A stretch of 63,297 nucleotides of DNA, filler included, from Barthelona sp. PAP020 (Eukaryota): the NCBI GenBank assembly GCA_040182905.1. It is 5 parts of 5 records of this genome, joined end to end, with 100 filler letters (N's around TTAATTAATTAA, not from the genome) between each part and the next. Parts side by side here need not be neighbours in the genome. Positions count along the whole stretch, not along the records: positions 1 to 12,807 come from JARQWU010000339.1; 4 more parts are not named here. One strand, given 5' to 3'. The translations under genes and the position numbers were made by a program. Of this stretch, positions 1 to 9,739 are shown one piece after another. Under the pieces are notes generated by a model. It ran no database searches, had not been told where the DNA came from, and worked only from the letters and a program-made list of their open reading frames with translations. The first letter of the stretch is position 1. Each line of letters opens with the position of its first letter.

Positions 1-1881
1 AACAAAAGGCAAAATTATAAACTCAATCAACAATAATCCAAGGACAGAAACATTCAATATCAAAGAAAATACTATCACAAGTACAAAAGAAACAGCTGCA
101 AGAACCCAAAAAGTTAAATCAATGGATAAAGTGTCAAAATAATACTTTAAAGCACCAAGATTAAAGATAAAACTCAAACTCAAAAATATGTACAATAAAC
201 CTCCAGTTTTAGTCGTGTCAATAAAAGTCAATAAAAGTCCAGATACTAAAGAGATAACAACAGATGAAATTAAAAATAATAAAGCATAATGTCTAACTAT
301 CTGTAATGCTCTCATTTTTGAATTTTCTTTGAAAACATTTGAGTAATCAATCACTGAATATAACTTCTGAGAAACTATTGCAAATGCAGTAACAAGAGGA
401 AATGAAGGTAAAATAAAGGCAATAATGTTTGATTTGGTAATTAAGACCATAATTATAGTGGTAACGACCAAAACTACCAAAAGAAAAATACCATGATTCA
501 ATAATTGTTTGATATATTTTTTGAACGAAAGAACAAATGTCGTGGAAAGTTCTTGTTCACTTTTCAAACCAACATTTGATGTTTTGGTTGTTTTCAATGC
601 TGAATTATTGGGGTTTTCCACACTAATTTCTTTTGAAGATGAAGTGTAAGGATTTGAAGGATCAGCCAACAAAACATTTTTTATTTCAACAACATCATCA
701 GGAATTGATCTTCCTTTATACATAAAAACGATCCAAGAAGCAAAAACAAACGTAGTAACAAAACCAAAAACTCCAAATTCCCATTGCTCATGAGGATTTT
801 CCTGCATTTGTATAGGATTTAAAGGAAAACCATCTGGTTTAATAAATGCAATCGAAAAAATAACAATATACCATATCACAAGTATCACAAGGGTAAAAGA
901 GGTAGAATTGATCCTTTTGCCCAATTTCAAAAAAGCATGGTCAGATAGATCCTCAGATTCTTCTTCAACACCACCAATAATGAGCAAATATTTCATTTCT
1001 GCATTTGAATCCTCACTTTCGCTTAAAAGACTCAATCTAAACAAATTAAATAACACAACAAATAATAAAGTATTTCCAAGGAACCAATAATTCATGGTGA
1101 ACATTCCCATCAATACTCTAGGTAATGCTAATACAAAAAATAGCCAGAAAGGACTGTTCTTTAATTTCTTGCTTGGATGAATCAAAATCAAAAAATCACA
1201 CACACAAACGTTAAACAAAGTAACAAACCCTAAATATCTACTGGTTGAATCATTAAGCATGTGAATAATAGCATAGATGATTAAAATGAGAATGTTGCAG
1301 AAATAGCTTCCTACCTTGATAAAAGTCGAATATTCAACAAAAATATGTGGACTGGTATAATCTATTTCCTTTGTTTGCTCATCTAAAATAGGAGTAGAAC
1401 TGTTGGACAAACAAAACATGTATAAAGGCAACAAAGAAACTGAACACATAAAAAAAGTAATGCCCATGTAACTATAGATACTATTACCAATAGTAATTGC
1501 CATAAAAGCCAAAAACATAACAGAAACAATTATATATTGCATCATCTTCAAAGAAGAGTTCAAATTTCCATGATAAAGAATCAACGCAATAAATAATAAA
1601 ATAACACAAGGCATAAATATAAAGATAAAACTGATCGAAAACCAAGTTTGAAAAGGTTTATCATCAAGTTGTGAATAACCAATCAAAAATCCCAAAATTA
1701 AAGATCCTATAAAACTTAAACCTTCAATAATAATAATGGTGGGCCCAAAAAATGATTTCCAATTCAATTCTTTGACAAAATTTTGCAATGTTGATATTTC
1801 TCCTTTTGTTATGTAAAATATTATCCCACATAATAACGTACAAATACAATAAGGTATAAGTATGGGAGCAATTGTACTCAT
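1..1881 (-). CDS. Multi-pass membrane protein of unknown function, 3' end runs off the window
   Basis: ATG at 1881; manual translation (MSTIAPILIPYCICTLLCGIIFYITKG...) gives a long open frame with many hydrophobic segments; absent from the ORF track, consistent with no stop inside the window. Confidence 0.8.
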   Translation of the reverse strand, partial: MSTIAPILIPYCICTLLCGIIFYITKGEISTLQNFVKELNWKSFFGPTIIIIEGLSFIGSLILGFLIGYSQLDDKPFQTWFSISFIFIFMPCVILLFIALILYHGNLNSSLKMMQYIIVSVMFLAFMAITIGNSIYSYMGITFFMCSVSLLPLYMFCLSNSSTPILDEQTKEIDYTSPHIFVEYSTFIKVGSYFCNILILIIYAIIHMLNDSTSRYLGFVTLFNVCVCDFLILIHPSKKLKNSPFWLFFVLALPRVLMGMFTMNYWFLGNTLLFVVLFNLFRLSLLSESEDSNAEMKYLLIIGGVEEESEDLSDHAFLKLGKRINSTSFTLVILVIWYIVIFSIAFIKPDGFPLNPIQMQENPHEQWEFGVFGFVTTFVFASWIVFMYKGRSIPDDVVEIKNVLLADPSNPYTSSSKEISVENPNNSALKTTKTSNVGLKSEQELSTTFVLSFKKYIKQLLNHGIFLLVVLVVTTIIMVLITKSNIIAFILPSFPLVTAFAIVSQKLYSVIDYSNVFKENSKMRALQIVRHYALLFLISSVVISLVSGLLLTFIDTTKTGGLLYIFLSLSFIFNLGALKYYFDTLSIDLTFWVLAAVSFVLVIVFSLILNVSVLGLLLIEFIILPFV

Positions 1882-2068
1882 TAAAAAAAAAAAAAACACC
1901 CATTTCTAAATATTTTTATGAATCCACCAAAATTGCTGAATTGTCCCAACTAAAACAAAAATATATATTACTAATATTTACAAATCTCTGAAACAAATAA
2001 AAAGTATGAGGGTCTTCATATTTTACAAATCATCACTTGATGCTGAAAAAAAAAACCTGATAAAATAC

Positions 2069-2623
2069 TTAAACGCTTTTGACTATTTTTGTAATAAAAT
2101 CCTGCAAAATTGGCAAAATTTGGGGAGAAAATGTGCATATTTCATTTATTGTAACATGTTTATGAGGAAATAATGGATGTGTAAACATTTCCATCTTAAA
2201 ATTAATGAAATCATCCATCAATTCATCATTATTCAGAGTAAATAATACCAAAACTGGTCTTTTAAAGGATGAAACATTTAAGACAGTGTTCAAAAAAGCA
2301 ATTTGTTTATCACAATCATGAGAATCATTACAAACAAATATTATTCCATCAACTTTTTCAATATAATCTAAAGCTACATCACGAAATTGAATATCACCAC
2401 TAATATCATACAAACGAACAAAAACATCATTAATCAATAAATTCGTTAAATTTACACCGAATGTAGGTGATATTTTTTCAAAAGAAAAAGTTTTTGATTT
2501 AACCAAAGATTGGAATAAATTGCAAATGGTTGTCTTTCCAACTGCATCAAAACCAACAACAGCAATGCTTATATTTAATGCACCAAATAAGTCTTGAGAT
2601 AAATCATGAAAAATTCCAAACAT
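2069..2623 (-). CDS. Divergent Arf/Arl-family small GTPase-like protein
   Basis: P-loop GFDAVGKT, switch I PTFG, G3-like DISG, 'DGIIFV' strand; first ATG at 2623 (the track starts at an upstream TTG). Confidence 0.75.
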   Translation of the reverse strand: MFGIFHDLSQDLFGALNISIAVVGFDAVGKTTICNLFQSLVKSKTFSFEKISPTFGVNLTNLLINDVFVRLYDISGDIQFRDVALDYIEKVDGIIFVCNDSHDCDKQIAFLNTVLNVSSFKRPVLVLFTLNNDELMDDFINFKMEMFTHPLFPHKHVTINEICTFSPQILPILQDFITKIVKSV

Positions 2624-2707
2624 ATAATCAAGCAATAATCATGTAGAGTTTGAATAGAGTAGAATTTTCGAACTGAATTTTTTTTTTTCATTAGTTTTAT
2701 TTTTGTT

Positions 2708-5700
2708 ATGCTTGAAGGCAAAAAGAAAAAAGAAAAGTTTGTGAATATTGATTTTGATAACATTGAAGAAAAAAATTCATTGAGTTTAATGTTAGATGAT
2801 TTAAGTAGAAATGATATGTTAGAAAAAGATAGAAAGAAGCAAAAGAAAAAAGTAGTTTTTTCATCAAAAGTTTCAACTGATAGAAAATACACAAAAACAT
2901 GGTTAAGGAATAAGTCTATTGAGATTTCGAAGAATTCTGAGAATGATTGGAATGGTGATGAATTATATGAAGCAATCTTATCGTTGATAAGTTGTGAAAT
3001 TTTGAATGAAAATGATCTATGCACTTTGATTGGTTTTGAACATATCGAATTTATCACTGATTTGATTGCACATATTGATGATATTTTTGAAAACGATAAC
3101 CTATTTGAAATGGAAGAGTCTTTTGTAGTCAATGATGATAAAATTTTACAAATGAATGATAATTATGACAAGAACTATTATACACTTACCAAAATACCTG
3201 TCAAAAGAGGATTGTCTACCAAATATGACGAAATATTGGTTAACGATTTGAGCACTTTTGCCCAAAAAGTGTTTCCATTTCAGGCTTTTAACCGTCTCCA
3301 AAGTAGCGTTTTCAATATTATTTACAACACCAGAGAGAATGTATTAGTGTGTGCGCCCACAGGATCTGGAAAAACTAATGTTGCTTTGTTGAGTTTGGTG
3401 TCTGAATTTGAACGAATAATTGAAAACGATAGAATTCTTAGACATCATTCAAGTGAATGCAAGTGTGTATATTTAGCCCCAATGAAAGCTTTAGCGACAG
3501 AAGTTGTGGGAAAAATGACAAGTGTTTTGAGAAAGCAAGGTTGTAATGTGCTAGAATTAACAGGAGATACAAATCCATCTTCACAACAAATTGAAGAAGC
3601 TCATATGTTGGTTTGTACTCCTGAAAAATGGGATGTAATATCTCGAAAATCAAATGATAACGATCTAGCAGGCTCAATAAGATTACTAATTATTGATGAA
3701 ATTCATTTGCTTGCTGATGAACGTGGTGCTGTTTTAGAAGCTGTTGTGGCCAGATTGTTCCGTGATATGGAAGCACAACAACGCATTTGTCGTGTTGTTG
3801 GACTCAGTGCTACGTTGCCTAACTATGTGGATGTAGCCCGATTTTTAAATGTCAAGGAAGGGCTTTTTTTCTTTGGAGATGAATACAGACCAGTTCCTCT
3901 TGCTCAAAACATTGTAGGAGTTCGAAAACCAGTTGGCCCTTTTTATCTTGATGTTGTTGAAGATCCAAATGAAAAGAAAACTCAAAATGATCTTATTGAT
4001 GACGTTTCTTTGCAAATATTAGTTGATGGGCCTCTTGCAAAAGGTCAACAAGTTATCGTTTTTGTACATTCAAGGGGAAATACTGTAAAAACTGCCAAAA
4101 AATGGATGGAATCGTTGGAAAAGGTTGGAAAACTTAGTTTAGTTACTGGGCAATGTTCAGGAAATCTGAGAAAAACAGATCGAATTTTTGATTCAGATAC
4201 CTCGAAAATGGTTCATGCTGGATTTGGTGTTCATCATGCCGGTTTGCAGCGTAAATGGCGTCTTGAGATGGAAAAATTATTCCTGGGTGGTCAAATTAGA
4301 ATTTTAGTTTGTACAGCAACATTAGCTTGGGGAATTAATCTTCCAGCAAGTGCTGTTATGATAAAAGGCACCCAATTTTATGATCCGATTGAAGGATTCA
4401 CAAATATTTCGGTTCTTGATGTTCAACAGATGTTTGGACGTGCTGGAAGACCTCAGTTTGATGTTGAAGGAACTGCCTTTTTGGTAACCGAATTGGAAGA
4501 AGTTAATCATTATGTCCGAGAGTTAGCATTGGCTTCTCCTGTTAATTCACAATTGTCTAGTTCTATCAGTGATCATTTGAATGCTGAAATTGTTCGAGGA
4601 TCCATCAGTACTGTGGCTGATGCAGTTCAATGGTTAAAATATACTTTTTATTATGCAAGAATGGAAAGCCATTTACACAATGTTTCAAAGCAAGAAAAAG
4701 CTGAAGCACTTACAAATCAAGGGTTTATCACAGTTCGTAAATCGTTTCAAGAATTAAGTGAAGCCTATATGGTGAATTGGGATCCTGTCAGTGGTGTTAT
4801 TACAAATACTGAGTTGGGAAGAATTGGTTCTAACTTCTATCTCACGCTCAGCAATATTAAACTGTTTTACGAGAAGGTTGAGGCAATCACAAAGATGGGT
4901 GACATATTTGAAATTTTATCTGAGGTCAAAGAGTTCCAAAGTTTGCGTCTGCGGAAGGAAGAAGAAGAAGAAATCAAGAAATTTGCTGTAAACTGTGTTT
5001 TTCACACTGATTTACCAGTTGGAGCTCAATTCAAGTCGTTCGTTTTAATGCAAGCATATATTGTGAATCATAGGTTTAATTCAGGATCTTTAAATTCGGA
5101 TCTATATTATATTGGAACCACTATTGGACGTTTATGTCGAGGATTCCATGCAATAGCAGTTTTTCATGGAATTGCAAGTGTTGCTGATTTAATTTTTGAT
5201 GTTGCAATTTCCATGGAACAACATAGACTTCCTTGGTCCAGTCCATTGGATCATCAAATTTTCAATGCCAAAATTCAAAAAATTTTGGGAAAAATTCCTT
5301 TGGATGAGTTAAAAGACCACGACGTTGAAAGTTTAACTTCACTTTTGAAATACAAGCCTGTGGCTATCAAAGCATATGAGTTAATTGGGGGGATCCCTTT
5401 TGTTGAGATCAGATCAAAGGTTCAACCAATAACCAGCAACGTTGTAAAGGTTACCATTCATCTTAAACCGGAATTCAAAAAGGCAAAAGAAGGTTTCTAT
5501 TTTTTCGAGATTATAGATCAAACGGTTGACACAATTCTATATTCAGATTCAATCTCGATCAAAAAACATGATGATATTCGTGAAATTATCACTTATCTGC
5601 CTATTTCAGAAGAGATTCAGGAACATACTCATTTTGTTTCATTGAGATGTCAAGATTTCACCAGTGTTTCATTTGATCATCAAATAGACTTGTATGATAT

Positions 5701-8155
5701 TGTTCTTCCTTTGGCGATGTCTGAGGATAACACTACTGATTTATTGCCTTGTTTACCAATTTGTACTGATAAGACAACTTATCCATCTATTTTTTCATTT
5801 AATTACTTTAATGCTATCCAAACTCAAGTATTTCATCAAGTTTATCATACAGATGTCAATTTGCTAATTGGGGCACCAACAGGATCAGGTAAAACTTCCA
5901 TAGCTGATCTGGCTTTGTTAAGATTAAGCAAATTTAAGAATGCTAAGACGGTTTATGTGGCTCCTTTGAAATCTTTGGTTAGAGAAAGACAAATGGATTG
6001 GAAAAATAGACTAAAACCAATTGGATTGAAAATCGTAGAAATCACAGGAGAAACTTCTGCTCAACCGGAAGAATTGAGAAAAGCTGATGTTTTAGTTACT
6101 ACACCAGAAAAGTTTGATAGTCTTTCAAGACGATGGGAACAAAGACCTTGGTTACAAGAAGTTGCGTTGGTAATTATTGATGAAATTCATCTTTTAGGCA
6201 CTGATCGTGGTGCTGTAATTGAAGCTATTGTGACCAGATTCAGACAGTTAACAACTTTATCTGGGCAACCAGTTAGAATGATTGGATTATCTACTGCATT
6301 GTCTAATGTATCAGACGTTGCTGGATGGTTAAGAGTGCCAGAACAAGGTATTTTTAATTTTCATTCTTCATTGAGACCAGTTGGTTTAGATGTGCATATT
6401 CAAGGCTTTACAGGAAAACATTATTGTCCTAGAATGAAAACAATGAATAAACCTGCGTATTCTGCAATTTTACAACATTCTCCTGATAAGCCGACTCTTA
6501 TTTTTGTGTCATCTAGACGACAAACTCGATTGACTGCATTAGATTTGATAGCATTTGTTGCTACCAGCAGCTATCCAAATCGTTTCTGTAGGATGGAAGA
6601 TTGGGAGTTAAATTCTATACTTGATGTTATTGAAGATAAAATATTGGCAGATTGTATCAGATTTGGGATTGTTTTACATCATGCTGGGTTATCTAATAAT
6701 GATCGGAAATTATCAGAACGATTGTTCTTAGAACAGAAATGTTTGGTGTTGATTTCCACTGCAACATTAGCATGGGGAATAAATATGCCTGCTCATTTGG
6801 TCATTGTAAAAGGAACTGAGTTCAGACATCCTTTAAAAAATATTTGGGTGGATTATCCTGTTACAGATATTTTGCAAATGATGGGGAGAGCTGGTAGACC
6901 CCAATTCGATACAAAAGGTGTTGCAGTCATATTGTGTGAATCCAGTAAAAAAGAATTTTTGAGAAAATTTGTGCATGAACCTTTTCCTGTTGAAAGCAAT
7001 TTGATAGAAACTTTTCCTGATCATTTGAATGCTGAAATTGCAAATAAACGTATTACCAATATGAAAACGCTTTTGAGCTACTTATCAAACACATTTTTAT
7101 ATCGTCGTTTGATAACGAATCCTGCATATTATTTGTGTGAAGGGAGAGATCAATTTTGTTCTATTCTAATAGACCATACCTTAAAAAAGCTGAAAGATGC
7201 CGGGCTTATCAAGAACAAATTTGATTTTGAAGATGGATTACAGATAAACAGCACCAAATTGGGGGAAATTGCTTCTAATTATTATATAAGTTACATTACC
7301 ATCCAGTACGCTATTAGTACTATTAGGGATGTTGATTATAACAATTTTTATGACTTATTATGGTTAGTTTGTAATTGTTATGAGTTTTATGGGTTTCCTT
7401 TAAGGCACAATGAAGAACTGGACAATCAAAAGATGTTTGAAACTCTATCTAAGACTCTGGATATTCCAATGAAGGATAAGTTCTTGTCTCAATATTTAAA
7501 GGCTTATTTGCTATTTATTTGGCACATGAAACATTTGAAATTTTTGATTGTAGATTTTGAAATTGATTTGCAACGTCTATTAGATAGCATCAAGAGAATA
7601 ATCTTCTGTTTTATTGATATTGCGGTCGAATTCTCATTGCATCATGTTGTTTTAAGGTTAGTAGAATTGTTTCAATGCATTGTATGTGGAGAATTCTGGG
7701 ATGATGAACCTGTTGATCCAGTTTTTGTCTATCAAGTTCAAAAAAAATTATACAAAAAGAAATTACCCAAAAAACAGTTTGAATATTTGAAAAAACTACC
7801 TTTGTTTATTGGAGAAATCATAAAAATTGAGCAACAACATAAACAAGAAAATGTTCAAAATTCCCCAAATCAGCCAAATGATGATAGTGAAAATTCCAAC
7901 ACTTCTTCTGATTGCACAAAATTCATTTTGAACGTCTCTAAAGTTAATAAAGACAAGGAATTGGAAAAGCCAGCAACTATGTTGCTTTATATCAGTTGCA
8001 AAGAAAAGCCAATATATTGTCAACATATCAATTGTTCTCAAAACCGAACGATTGAGTTCCACATTGAGAATGAATATCTCCTAAAAGATACTCAAGTACA
8101 TTTATTTATTATGGATTGTAGGGGATTAGATCAACAGTATTCATTACCTATTTAA
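2708..8155 (+). CDS. ASCC3: ASCC3/Slh1 Ski2-like dual-cassette helicase (ribosome quality control / ASC-1 complex)
   Basis: Two APTGSGKT/DEIH helicase cassettes with Sec63-like regions; HYCPRMKTMNKPAY and IFVSSRRQTRLTALDLI segments are ASCC3-type rather than Brr2-type. Confidence 0.92.
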   Translation: MLEGKKKKEKFVNIDFDNIEEKNSLSLMLDDLSRNDMLEKDRKKQKKKVVFSSKVSTDRKYTKTWLRNKSIEISKNSENDWNGDELYEAILSLISCEILNENDLCTLIGFEHIEFITDLIAHIDDIFENDNLFEMEESFVVNDDKILQMNDNYDKNYYTLTKIPVKRGLSTKYDEILVNDLSTFAQKVFPFQAFNRLQSSVFNIIYNTRENVLVCAPTGSGKTNVALLSLVSEFERIIENDRILRHHSSECKCVYLAPMKALATEVVGKMTSVLRKQGCNVLELTGDTNPSSQQIEEAHMLVCTPEKWDVISRKSNDNDLAGSIRLLIIDEIHLLADERGAVLEAVVARLFRDMEAQQRICRVVGLSATLPNYVDVARFLNVKEGLFFFGDEYRPVPLAQNIVGVRKPVGPFYLDVVEDPNEKKTQNDLIDDVSLQILVDGPLAKGQQVIVFVHSRGNTVKTAKKWMESLEKVGKLSLVTGQCSGNLRKTDRIFDSDTSKMVHAGFGVHHAGLQRKWRLEMEKLFLGGQIRILVCTATLAWGINLPASAVMIKGTQFYDPIEGFTNISVLDVQQMFGRAGRPQFDVEGTAFLVTELEEVNHYVRELALASPVNSQLSSSISDHLNAEIVRGSISTVADAVQWLKYTFYYARMESHLHNVSKQEKAEALTNQGFITVRKSFQELSEAYMVNWDPVSGVITNTELGRIGSNFYLTLSNIKLFYEKVEAITKMGDIFEILSEVKEFQSLRLRKEEEEEIKKFAVNCVFHTDLPVGAQFKSFVLMQAYIVNHRFNSGSLNSDLYYIGTTIGRLCRGFHAIAVFHGIASVADLIFDVAISMEQHRLPWSSPLDHQIFNAKIQKILGKIPLDELKDHDVESLTSLLKYKPVAIKAYELIGGIPFVEIRSKVQPITSNVVKVTIHLKPEFKKAKEGFYFFEIIDQTVDTILYSDSISIKKHDDIREIITYLPISEEIQEHTHFVSLRCQDFTSVSFDHQIDLYDIVLPLAMSEDNTTDLLPCLPICTDKTTYPSIFSFNYFNAIQTQVFHQVYHTDVNLLIGAPTGSGKTSIADLALLRLSKFKNAKTVYVAPLKSLVRERQMDWKNRLKPIGLKIVEITGETSAQPEELRKADVLVTTPEKFDSLSRRWEQRPWLQEVALVIIDEIHLLGTDRGAVIEAIVTRFRQLTTLSGQPVRMIGLSTALSNVSDVAGWLRVPEQGIFNFHSSLRPVGLDVHIQGFTGKHYCPRMKTMNKPAYSAILQHSPDKPTLIFVSSRRQTRLTALDLIAFVATSSYPNRFCRMEDWELNSILDVIEDKILADCIRFGIVLHHAGLSNNDRKLSERLFLEQKCLVLISTATLAWGINMPAHLVIVKGTEFRHPLKNIWVDYPVTDILQMMGRAGRPQFDTKGVAVILCESSKKEFLRKFVHEPFPVESNLIETFPDHLNAEIANKRITNMKTLLSYLSNTFLYRRLITNPAYYLCEGRDQFCSILIDHTLKKLKDAGLIKNKFDFEDGLQINSTKLGEIASNYYISYITIQYAISTIRDVDYNNFYDLLWLVCNCYEFYGFPLRHNEELDNQKMFETLSKTLDIPMKDKFLSQYLKAYLLFIWHMKHLKFLIVDFEIDLQRLLDSIKRIIFCFIDIAVEFSLHHVVLRLVELFQCIVCGEFWDDEPVDPVFVYQVQKKLYKKKLPKKQFEYLKKLPLFIGEIIKIEQQHKQENVQNSPNQPNDDSENSNTSSDCTKFILNVSKVNKDKELEKPATMLLYISCKEKPIYCQHINCSQNRTIEFHIENEYLLKDTQVHLFIMDCRGLDQQYSLPI

Positions 8156-8354
8156 AAATGCAAATATCTTGAATTTAATCAAGATGTTTTTTGATAAATA
8201 GCTCGTTCCACCATTTTCAGTTTTTCATCTCTTTTAGAAAAGAATATTTGATAAATATTGATTTTTTTTCTAATTCTTTCAAGCTGGCAACAGAAAAAAC
8301 AATAAATAATAAACTTTTAAGTCACTTTATAAACCGTGAATGAGATGTGTATTA

Positions 8355-8842
8355 TTAAGATTGTTGTTTCTCACGTTTCTTCTTACCAAAGAGTTTCTTG
8401 AGTTCATTCTTACGTTCTCTACGGGCTTTCATAGAGTTGCGTTCTCTCTTCTTCATATCAAGAACATCACGCTTTTCTTTCTTAGAAAGAAGACGGATTT
8501 GACGATAAGAGGGTTCAACACGCTTCATATCAGAGACGGTATCATAAATGTGAACAAAACCAGTAGTCTTTCCACCACCGAATTTGGTCTTCATGTTATA
8601 AATGATAATAGTATCAGGAGAAACAGAATAATGAGTAGCCAATTCAGATTTAACTTCAGAAAGAGGAATGTTACGACGAACACCTGGATGAATGACTTCA
8701 ACAATCTAAATATTAGCTTTGAATTCCAAAATAAATAAGAAATAAATCATATAAAAAGATCATAACCAAATACCATTTGTTTTCTTGAAAGAAGAGGATT
8801 AGATTGGAATCTACGTGTGCGCACAGTAATTTTTTCAGGCAT
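8355..8842 (-). CDS. RPS24: 40S ribosomal protein S24 (eS24), two exons 8842-8774 and 8705-8355, 139 aa
   Basis: Spliced translation MPEKITVRTRRFQSNPLLSRKQM|IVEVIHPG...KTKFGGGKTTGFVHIYD...EPSYR matches eS24. Confidence 0.95.
8706..8773 (-). other. Spliceosomal intron (68 nt) in RPS24
   Basis: GTATTT...GCTAATATTTAG; removal restores the conserved RKQM-IVEVIHPG frame. Confidence 0.92.
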
Positions 8843-8978
8843 TGTGACAAAAAAGTGACTGATTTAGCGAACTAAAATGGAAGGAGGACTGATAAAAAAA
8901 ATTTTCAAAAAAGTTTTCAAAACTTCGATCTTCTTTCTACTTTGTTTAAGCACTTTATATCGTTTTATCAATTATAAT
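8843..8978. promoter_or_regulatory. Putative bidirectional promoter between RPS24 and RPS11 containing TTTTCAAAAAAGTTTTCAAAACTT
   Basis: 136 nt between divergent ATGs; the motif at 8902-8925 recurs nearly identically upstream of RPL15. Confidence 0.55.
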
Positions 8979-9490
8979 ATGAGTGAGGTATGTTATGTAT
9001 ATGTCAATTAATATATTTATACAATTTTTACACTACTTTAACTAATGTTTAGGCACAAACTGAAAAGGCATTCCAAAAACAACCCACCGTCTTCCAAGGA
9101 GCTCTTGGAACCAAGAAGGGTGGTCGCTATATTCGTGATGTTGGTATGGGTTTCAAGACTCCCCAAGAAGCCATTGAAGGAAATTTTATTGATAAGAAAT
9201 GTCCCTTTACTGGTAATGTTTCCATCCGTGGACGTGTTCTTCGTGGTGTTGTTCGTTCTGTTAAGATGAAACGTACCGTTATCGTTCGTCGTGATTACCT
9301 TCGTTATCTTCCCAAGTATAAGCGTTATGAAAAGAGACATAGAAACATTCCCGTTCACGTTTCTCCTGCCTTCCGTCCCCAACCTGGTGATATGATGACT
9401 TTTGGAGAATGCAGACCCTTATCTAAAACTGTTAGTTTCAACTGCCTTGAACTTGCTTCCAAGGAAGGAATGAAAAAATTCGCTCTCTAA
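8979..9490 (+). CDS. RPS11: 40S ribosomal protein S11 (uS17), two exons 8979-8987 and 9053-9490, 148 aa
   Basis: [14 protein letters not shown]...[15 protein letters not shown]...[18 protein letters not shown]...[10 protein letters not shown]. Confidence 0.96.
8988..9052 (+). other. Spliceosomal intron (65 nt) in RPS11
   Basis: GTATGT...ACTAATGTTTAG; supplies the start codon in frame with the conserved QTEKAFQKQ. Confidence 0.92.
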
Positions 9491-9739
9491 TTTCACCCCG
9501 CTTTTAAATTGATAAACGGTTAATGTCACACTTTATTTTTTCTGACATTTGCAGATTGTTGGAGGGGTATTTTGAATCGAGTTGTAAAAATATTCAACAA
9601 AACATATGAACATGTTTTTAGACTGTAATAAAGAGGTGAAAGTCGATTTTATTACAAAGAGAAATGAATTTTTGCATTTATAAACAAAGTATTCAAAAAA
9701 CAAAACAAATACAAACAATTTTACAAATTATCAAAAAAA

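Noticed and set aside
2708..8155. Brr2/SNRNP200 assignment
   Set aside because: The second cassette keeps intact motifs and has the ASCC3-type HYCPRM...MNKP segment
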